Shown in pieces: positions 8,126-13,490 of a stretch of DNA of 13,490 nucleotides. Under the pieces are notes generated by a model, which had not been told where the DNA came from, did not search any database, and saw only the letters and a list, made by a program, of their open reading frames with translations. Each line of letters begins with the position of its first letter. Position 1 is the stretch's first letter. Both the position numbers and the translations under genes were made by a program. Source of the DNA: Candidatus Cloacimonadota bacterium. Its GTDB lineage: Bacteria; Cloacimonadota; Cloacimonadia; Cloacimonadales; WRIO01. The stretch covers positions 1 to 13,490 of the forward strand of contig JAKQQL010000489.1 in assembly GCA_029564175.1 (NCBI GenBank). Reading direction: 5' to 3'.

Positions 8126-11100
8126 ATGGATACACAAGATCAGAGTCAACAACAGCAACGGCAGCAGACCTCAAATAAATCAGTTATTTGTGGTAGCTGT
8201 GGAAAACAGAACCGCTTGAACGCTAAATTCTGTAAAGAGTGCGGAAAACCAGTTCAGGCGACATTAGACTCTAAACCAAAATCTAACGCCCAAATTACTC
8301 TTACTGGAATTGTCGGGCTTGACCACGTTAAAAATAACATAACTCAGATCGTAAACAGAGTTAAAATACACAATGAACGAAAAAGTAAGGGCATGCCTGT
8401 TAATCCGCTGTATCTTCACTCTGTGTTTAAAGGACGAACAGGAACAGGAAAAACCCTTGTAGCCCGTTACTTTGCCCAAGAGTTTAAAAAAATCGGCGCG
8501 ATTTCAACCGGTACTCTTCTTGAAATCGACTATGAGATGATGAACCGAGAGGGACAGAACCTGCCGGGTACGGTTAAAAAATGGATAGAAAAAGCCAGAG
8601 GCGGCATTCTCTTTTTCGATGAAGTCCATAAAAAGACAGATGCAATTTCAACAATCATAAGGTCTCTTGATACTGCCGGTGATGATATTATTATAATTCT
8701 TGCTGGAATCAAAGAACCTCTTGATAAATACTTTGACGAAAACAGAGAGGAAAAGCAGCGTATAGGCATATTTTTTAATTTCACTGATTATTCAGCGGAA
8801 GAGATACACCAGATAACTTTGTTGAAACTTGAAACTTACAGTTATAAAGTTGATGATGCGGCTGCTGAGAAATTAAGAGATTATTTAAGGTCTTTGGTTT
8901 ATTCAGGTAAAAGCGAATTTAAAAACGGGTGGCTGGTTGAAAGAAAAATTATACCTGAAATAATGAATCTACAAAGCAATCGGCTTACTGAATCAGGGAA
9001 CCTGTCTAACGATGAACTTTCTCAAATAATATCAGAGGACATACCGGATGAAGGCATGAAACGTAAAAGTCCTGATGAGATTATATCTTCAATGGAAAAT
9101 CTGGTTGGTCTTGATGAAGTAAAAAAAGAGATTAAAAAGCTCGCTCAATCAATTAACATACAGCAGGAACAGCTGAAGGCGGGCATGAAGGGCGCGAAAA
9201 TAGGCATTCATATCGTATTTACAGGAAATCCCGGAACTGGAAAAACAACAGTAGCACGTATTCTCGGTGAACTTTTCAGGTCTATAGGGCTTCTCCCCGG
9301 TGGTCATCTTATTGAAACAGACAGAAGTAAACTTGTGGCACAGTATGTAGGGCAGACCGCACCAAATGTAAATAAATACTGTGATGACGCTATGGGCGGT
9401 GTTCTTCTTGTTGATGAAGCTTACGCTCTTGCCGGTGAGGATGGTGCCAAAGATACTTTTGGTCAGGAAGCTATCGAAGCTTTGATGAAGAGAATGGAGG
9501 ATGACCGGGGAAAATTTGTTGTAATAGCGGCAGGTTACGAAGATGAGATGCAGAGATTTATATCCGCCAACCCCGGTCTAAAAAGCAGGTTTACTCATTT
9601 TTTCCATCTTGAAGACTACAAGCCTGAAGAGCTATATAGAATATTTATGATTATGGCTGAAAGCTCAGGTTATGTTGTATCTGAAGAAGCATCAGAAAAA
9701 CTGAAAATGGTTTTAAAGGAAATATTTGAGAAACGCGACAAAAGATTCGCAAACGGCAGAACGGTCAGAAATCTTTTTGAAGCCACCACTCAGGAACTCG
9801 CGGCACGGCTTTCCAATCTTACCGCAGAACAAAGAGTTCCTGAGGCTCTCAATCTGATTACCCCGGAAGATATATCCTATGAATTACAGAAGACTGCTTC
9901 GATGGAAGAGATAATGGCCAGTCTTGATAATCTTGTGGGTATGGAAAATATTAAGAATGAAGTTCGTGATCTTATTTCCTTTGTTAATATTCAGCGTAAA
10001 CGAGAAGAAATAGAAGGCAGGAAGACAAGTATAGCACCACACATGGTGTTTACCGGAAATCCCGGCACGGGGAAAACAACAGTTGCCCGTATTATCGCGG
10101 GTCTGTTTAAAAGCATCGGCATACTACCATCAGACCATATTATTGAAGTTGATAAAGCGGGTCTGGTAGGTCAGTATGTAGGCTCAACTCCTAAAAAAGT
10201 AAAGTCTGTAATTGACCAGGCAATGGGAGGGGTGCTTTTTATAGATGAAGCCTACACTCTTACACCTGAAGGCCAGACAGACAGTTTCAGCCTGGAAGCA
10301 ATCGATACTCTTATGAAAAGCATGGAGGATGATAAAGGTAAATATATTGTAATGGCTGCGGGATATCAGAAAGAAATGGAAAGGTTTCTTAAATCGAATC
10401 CAGGGCTACCCAGCAGGTTTACGAAGAAATTCCATTTTGAAGACTACAAGCCTGACGAACTGGAAAAGATTTTTCATATGATCGCCGGGGGTAAAGGTTA
10501 TAAACTTTCTGAAAAAGCCAGTGAGTCTTTAAAGCAGCATTGTAAATATATGTATGAAAACAGAGGTGAAAACTTCGGAAACGGAAGGGATATCCGGAAT
10601 CTCTTTGAGCAGATATTGCAAACTCAGTCAATGAGGCTTTCGCGTCTTATAGCTGAGCAGAAAGAAATTAATAACTCATTGTATTCAATAATTGAAGCCG
10701 AAGATTTCCCTGTGCTTAAAAAAGATGAGGGTTCTCTTGAAAAAGCCCTTGATCAGCTTAACAGTCTAATTGGTCTTTCTGCTGTCAAAAAAGAAGTAAG
10801 CCAGCTTATTAACTATCTTCAAGCTGAAAAACTCAGGAATAAAGGAGAACTCTCCGCCGCGAATATGACTCTGCACTATATCTTTACCGGTAATCCCGGT
10901 ACGGGTAAAACAACAGTGGGCAGAATCATTTCAACTATATTCAAAGAGATGGGGCTTCTCTCAAAGGGGCATCTCGTTGAAAAAGACCGGGGCGGCCTTG
11001 TGGGCCAGTATGTAGGCGAAACCGCTCAAAAGACCACTCAAGCTATAAATGAGGCAATGGGGGGGGTACTATTTATAGATGAAGCCTACGCTCTCGTCCC

Positions 11101-11542
11101 TGCACAGGCGGGCAATGATTTCGGCAAAGAAGCTGTTGATACTCTTCTTAAACGAATGGAGGATGACAGGGGCAGATTCATTGTTATTGCCGCAGGCTAT
11201 ATCAATGATATGAACAGGTTTCTTGAAAGCAATCCAGGCCTGACCTCCCGTTTTCCAAGAAAGATAGACTTTGAAGACTACAAACCGGAAGAGCTTTATG
11301 CTATTTTTGAGAGTATGGTTAAATTACGAAAAATGAATATGACGCCAAATTTTTCAGAAAAGCTTAAACAGCGACTAAATGATATTTATAATAAACGTGA
11401 AAAGAATTTTGCCAACGGTAGAACTGTTAGAAATCTTTTTGAGTCAACTCTCCAGCAGCAATCCAGTAGAATAACTGAGATTGTGAATATTGAACAGGAT
11501 GATCCTGTTCTAAACACATTTGAAGCGGAAGATCTCATATGA
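8126..11542 (+). CDS. Zinc-ribbon plus four tandem SpoVK/CbbX/EccA-type AAA+ modules
   Basis: Walker A at 8432 (GRTGTGKT), 9224, 10055 and 10889 (GNPGTGKT); Walker B FFDE, LVDE, FIDE, FIDE; modules 2-4 have QYVG pore loop, NPGLxSRF and FxNGRxxRN; N-terminal CGSC...CKEC. Confidence 0.95.
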   Translation: MDTQDQSQQQQRQQTSNKSVICGSCGKQNRLNAKFCKECGKPVQATLDSKPKSNAQITLTGIVGLDHVKNNITQIVNRVKIHNERKSKGMPVNPLYLHSVFKGRTGTGKTLVARYFAQEFKKIGAISTGTLLEIDYEMMNREGQNLPGTVKKWIEKARGGILFFDEVHKKTDAISTIIRSLDTAGDDIIIILAGIKEPLDKYFDENREEKQRIGIFFNFTDYSAEEIHQITLLKLETYSYKVDDAAAEKLRDYLRSLVYSGKSEFKNGWLVERKIIPEIMNLQSNRLTESGNLSNDELSQIISEDIPDEGMKRKSPDEIISSMENLVGLDEVKKEIKKLAQSINIQQEQLKAGMKGAKIGIHIVFTGNPGTGKTTVARILGELFRSIGLLPGGHLIETDRSKLVAQYVGQTAPNVNKYCDDAMGGVLLVDEAYALAGEDGAKDTFGQEAIEALMKRMEDDRGKFVVIAAGYEDEMQRFISANPGLKSRFTHFFHLEDYKPEELYRIFMIMAESSGYVVSEEASEKLKMVLKEIFEKRDKRFANGRTVRNLFEATTQELAARLSNLTAEQRVPEALNLITPEDISYELQKTASMEEIMASLDNLVGMENIKNEVRDLISFVNIQRKREEIEGRKTSIAPHMVFTGNPGTGKTTVARIIAGLFKSIGILPSDHIIEVDKAGLVGQYVGSTPKKVKSVIDQAMGGVLFIDEAYTLTPEGQTDSFSLEAIDTLMKSMEDDKGKYIVMAAGYQKEMERFLKSNPGLPSRFTKKFHFEDYKPDELEKIFHMIAGGKGYKLSEKASESLKQHCKYMYENRGENFGNGRDIRNLFEQILQTQSMRLSRLIAEQKEINNSLYSIIEAEDFPVLKKDEGSLEKALDQLNSLIGLSAVKKEVSQLINYLQAEKLRNKGELSAANMTLHYIFTGNPGTGKTTVGRIISTIFKEMGLLSKGHLVEKDRGGLVGQYVGETAQKTTQAINEAMGGVLFIDEAYALVPAQAGNDFGKEAVDTLLKRMEDDRGRFIVIAAGYINDMNRFLESNPGLTSRFPRKIDFEDYKPEELYAIFESMVKLRKMNMTPNFSEKLKQRLNDIYNKREKNFANGRTVRNLFESTLQQQSSRITEIVNIEQDDPVLNTFEAEDLI

Positions 11543-12105
11543 TTTGTCCTGTTAAAACATGCAAAAATGAAATAGATGATGATTCAAAATATTGCGATCA
11601 GTGCGGCACGCAAATTCTGAAATGCCCGAAATGCGGGACTCTCGGCGGGGTTAAATTCTGCCCTAAAGATGGTCAGCGTATGGAACCTGTAGGTAAAAGT
11701 GAAACTGTTACTCTTGTTCCTCCTCAGCAGCCTTCTTCAACGCAGCCTGTTCAGGTTCAGAATAAAGATCAGAGAGCAACCACGAGAATGGATCTTAATG
11801 ACGTTGATGGTGCAGGCAGTCTCATTTTAATACATTCAGGCGGTACTCTTCTTAAAATAAACAGCGGTGATCACCTCGGTAAAAGCGTTGGAACTCATGC
11901 GGCTTTTTTAGCCGGATTCAAGTATATATCTGGCAAACACGCTGAAATAACATTATCTGACAATAAATGGTTTATAACAGATCAGGATTCAACAAATAAA
12001 ACCAAGGTCAACGGACAGATAATTGAACCGTTAAAAGGCGTACAGATAAAGAAAGGGGATAAAATAATAATCGCGGATCAGGAGTTTACAGTAAATGAAA
12101 ATTAA
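11539..12105 (+). CDS. Double zinc-ribbon plus FHA domain protein
   Basis: CPVKTC/CDQC/CPKC/CPKD, P/Q/T-rich linker, FHA motifs LGK, ISGKHA, DQDSTNKTKVNG, GDKIII; ATGA overlap with the ATPase gene. Confidence 0.9.
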   Translation: MICPVKTCKNEIDDDSKYCDQCGTQILKCPKCGTLGGVKFCPKDGQRMEPVGKSETVTLVPPQQPSSTQPVQVQNKDQRATTRMDLNDVDGAGSLILIHSGGTLLKINSGDHLGKSVGTHAAFLAGFKYISGKHAEITLSDNKWFITDQDSTNKTKVNGQIIEPLKGVQIKKGDKIIIADQEFTVNEN

Positions 12106-12868
12106 CTATTACGCGATAACAGGAAAGGGAACCGTAAGGGAAGCCAATGAGGATTCTATTCTAATTGATGATCTGCTGATCAATTTTGAAGATCATTATA
12201 TGATGGATTCCATTATGGAAAAAGATATAACTAATCAGCCTGTTTGGCTCTCGGTTGCTGATGGAATGGGTGGACATGAAGCTGGCGAAGTCGCGAGCCG
12301 AATTACTCTTGAAAAACTTAGAGATGCCTTTGCTGCAGAGAGCAGAGAGCTTATTAAAAATCCGGAGAAGCTTAAAGAAGTCATAGCACAGATACATTCA
12401 GAAGTAAATCTCTATGGTGAAACTGCAGGAAACAAAGGAATGGGTTCAACTCTTACAGGAGCTTTGGTTAACTCAGAAAATTTTTTACTGTATAATGTTG
12501 GCGACTCCCGGGTATATCTTTTCAGAGATGGGTATCTTCAGCAGAAGACCAGGGATCATACGCTTAAAGAACAGACAGACCTGGATGTTTCAAAAAATAT
12601 AATCGTCAGCAGTATTGGCGGCGGTAGAGATGATATAATGATTGATATCTATGATTTGACAGGTCATATAAGAGTTAATGATCTTTTGATTATTTGCAGT
12701 GACGGCTTAACAGATATTGATATGGTAAATTATTACGATGAGTTTGAAGATTTAATTGACCAAAATAAATCAGATATTCTCGTATTATGTAAAAAATTGT
12801 ATAATTATTCAATAGAGAAATATTCTTCTGATAATATTTCAATTATTGTGATTATCTTTGTTGCATGA
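12095..12868 (+). CDS. PP2C/PPM-family Ser/Thr phosphatase
   Basis: REANEDS, VADGMGGH, GMGSTL, NVGDSRVY, TRDHT, CSDGLTD, DNISII; overlaps the FHA gene by 11 nt. Confidence 0.95.
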   Translation: MKINYYAITGKGTVREANEDSILIDDLLINFEDHYMMDSIMEKDITNQPVWLSVADGMGGHEAGEVASRITLEKLRDAFAAESRELIKNPEKLKEVIAQIHSEVNLYGETAGNKGMGSTLTGALVNSENFLLYNVGDSRVYLFRDGYLQQKTRDHTLKEQTDLDVSKNIIVSSIGGGRDDIMIDIYDLTGHIRVNDLLIICSDGLTDIDMVNYYDEFEDLIDQNKSDILVLCKKLYNYSIEKYSSDNISIIVIIFVA

Positions 12869-12892
12869 TATAATAAATGAATATTCTGACAT

Positions 12893-12926
12893 CGGGCTCA
12901 TACGTCCTGTATTCGCCCGCTTTTTT
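12893..12926 (+). terminator. GTCCT-loop hairpin with T-tract, probable intrinsic terminator
   Basis: CGGGC(12893-12897)/GCCCG(12915-12919) and ATAC/GTAT around GTCCT, then TTTTTT (12921-12926), shortly after the phosphatase stop. Confidence 0.6.
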
Positions 12927-12947
12927 GTAGGTAAGCGCGCCGCCTTC

Positions 12948-13056
12948 ATATAACACGGCGTAATGCGCTGCGCTCTCTGCGTTCGCTTGGGCTTCGCCAC
13001 ATTTTCACCTCCGCTACGCTACGGTGAAAACGTCGCATACGCCGGGAACGTTATCT
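12948..13056 (+). mobile_element. attC: attC-like integron cassette recombination site (attC-2)
   Basis: R'' ATATAAC (12948-12954), R' GTTATCT (13050-13056); arms CGGCGTAATGCG(12956-12967)/CGCATACGCCG(13034-13044) with one extrahelical base; same A vs GGAAC spacer as attC-1; inner stem TTTTCACC/GGTGAAAA. Confidence 0.88.
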
Positions 13057-13090
13057 GAAATCGCACCGCCTTTTTTTGGATTAAAAACAA

Positions 13091-13108
13091 GCCGCCGTCC
13101 GTGGCGGC
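13091..13108. repeat. Small hairpin with GTCCGT loop
   Basis: GCCGCC-GTCCGT-GGCGGC followed by an A-run (terminator-like on the minus strand). Confidence 0.65.
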
Positions 13109-13133
13109 AAAAAATAAAAATAAGGAGTTTTTT

Positions 13134-13490
13134 ATGCGTGAGTTTTTAATTACAACTCTAATACTTTTTTTTCCAGTTTTTGGAATATCACAGAATATTT
13201 TAGTTTATCAAGGAGTCTATTCTGAAGATGAACAAGATAGTATTATCGATAATTCTAATCACGGTTGTATATTCAATAAAGTTAGTTATCAATATTATGA
13301 AAATGAGAAATCCGAAAGAATTTTTCATGGGTTTTTTAAAGTAGATGATAAAGATTTGAAAATTGACGGACAGTATAAAAATAACTATAAAGATGGTTTA
13401 TGGAAGATTAGTGCTTTAGGTCCTATGGATTATTTTTCTAATGATGTTAATGATATATTTCAATTAGATACTTTAGCTAATTTTTCTAAA
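13134..13490 (+). CDS. Exported hypothetical protein with MORN-variant-like motif (partial, first gene of next cassette; not in ORF track)
   Basis: AAGGAG at 13122-13127; open to window end: MREFLITTLILFFPVFGISQ (signal-like)...YYENEKSERIFHGFF...IDGQYKNNYKDGLWK. Confidence 0.75.
   Translation, partial: MREFLITTLILFFPVFGISQNILVYQGVYSEDEQDSIIDNSNHGCIFNKVSYQYYENEKSERIFHGFFKVDDKDLKIDGQYKNNYKDGLWKISALGPMDYFSNDVNDIFQLDTLANFSK

Larger units (their letters stand above)
455..13050 (+). mobile_element. Putative single giant integron gene cassette (12,596 bp, nine genes)
   Basis: Runs between the G/TT crossover points of the two attC R' boxes; 454-476 is the reverse complement of 12932-12954 at 22/23 positions; no internal attC recognised. 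Confidence 0.78.

Noticed and set aside
11059..11066. G8 tract as a phase-variation site
   Set aside because: In frame, encodes the conserved MGGV motif also found in other modules; no evidence of slippage from one sequence.
8126..11542. Naming the ATPase cbbX, spoVK or eccA
   Set aside because: Family similarity only; no Rubisco, sporulation or type VII secretion genes nearby and the architecture differs.
3883..12602. Short alternative-frame or minus-strand ORFs (3883-4149, 4274-4684, 4599-4784, 7367-7588, 7680-7904, 7700-8002, 8264-8479, 8530-8784, 10419-10631, 12161-12397, 12414-12602)
   Set aside because: All overlap long motif-bearing plus-strand genes and show no recognisable motifs; treated as shadow ORFs.
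454..12954. 23-bp terminal inverted repeats read as transposon ends
   Set aside because: No transposase inside, no evident target-site duplication, and the repeats end exactly at the attC GTT/AAC boxes.
1..13490. CRISPR array, tRNA/rRNA, integrase gene
   Set aside because: No regularly spaced direct repeats, RNA gene signatures or tyrosine recombinase ORF seen.

Overview
AT-rich bacterial window (attC style suggests a spirochaete, by inference) holding part of an integron-type cassette array. Two attC-like hairpins (367-460 and 12948-13056) bracket a co-directional nine-gene cluster: Hanks-type Ser/Thr kinase, DUF2628-like membrane protein, CxxCxGxG zinc-finger/TerB-like membrane protein, RDD protein, small membrane protein, zinc-ribbon/coiled-coil protein, zinc-ribbon plus four-module SpoVK/CbbX-type AAA+ ATPase, zinc-ribbon/FHA protein and PP2C phosphatase. 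The two ends of this unit (454-476 and 12932-12954) are reverse complements at 22/23 positions, centred on the attC R boxes. This is what is expected if the whole 12,596-bp unit (455-13050) is one giant gene cassette with its own promoter and terminator. Upstream is the 3' end of a probable type I restriction subunit (HsdR); downstream the next cassette starts with an exported protein. No integrase is in the window. The cluster looks like a self-contained phosphorylation-switched AAA+ system, possibly for defence or envelope stress; that function is inference.
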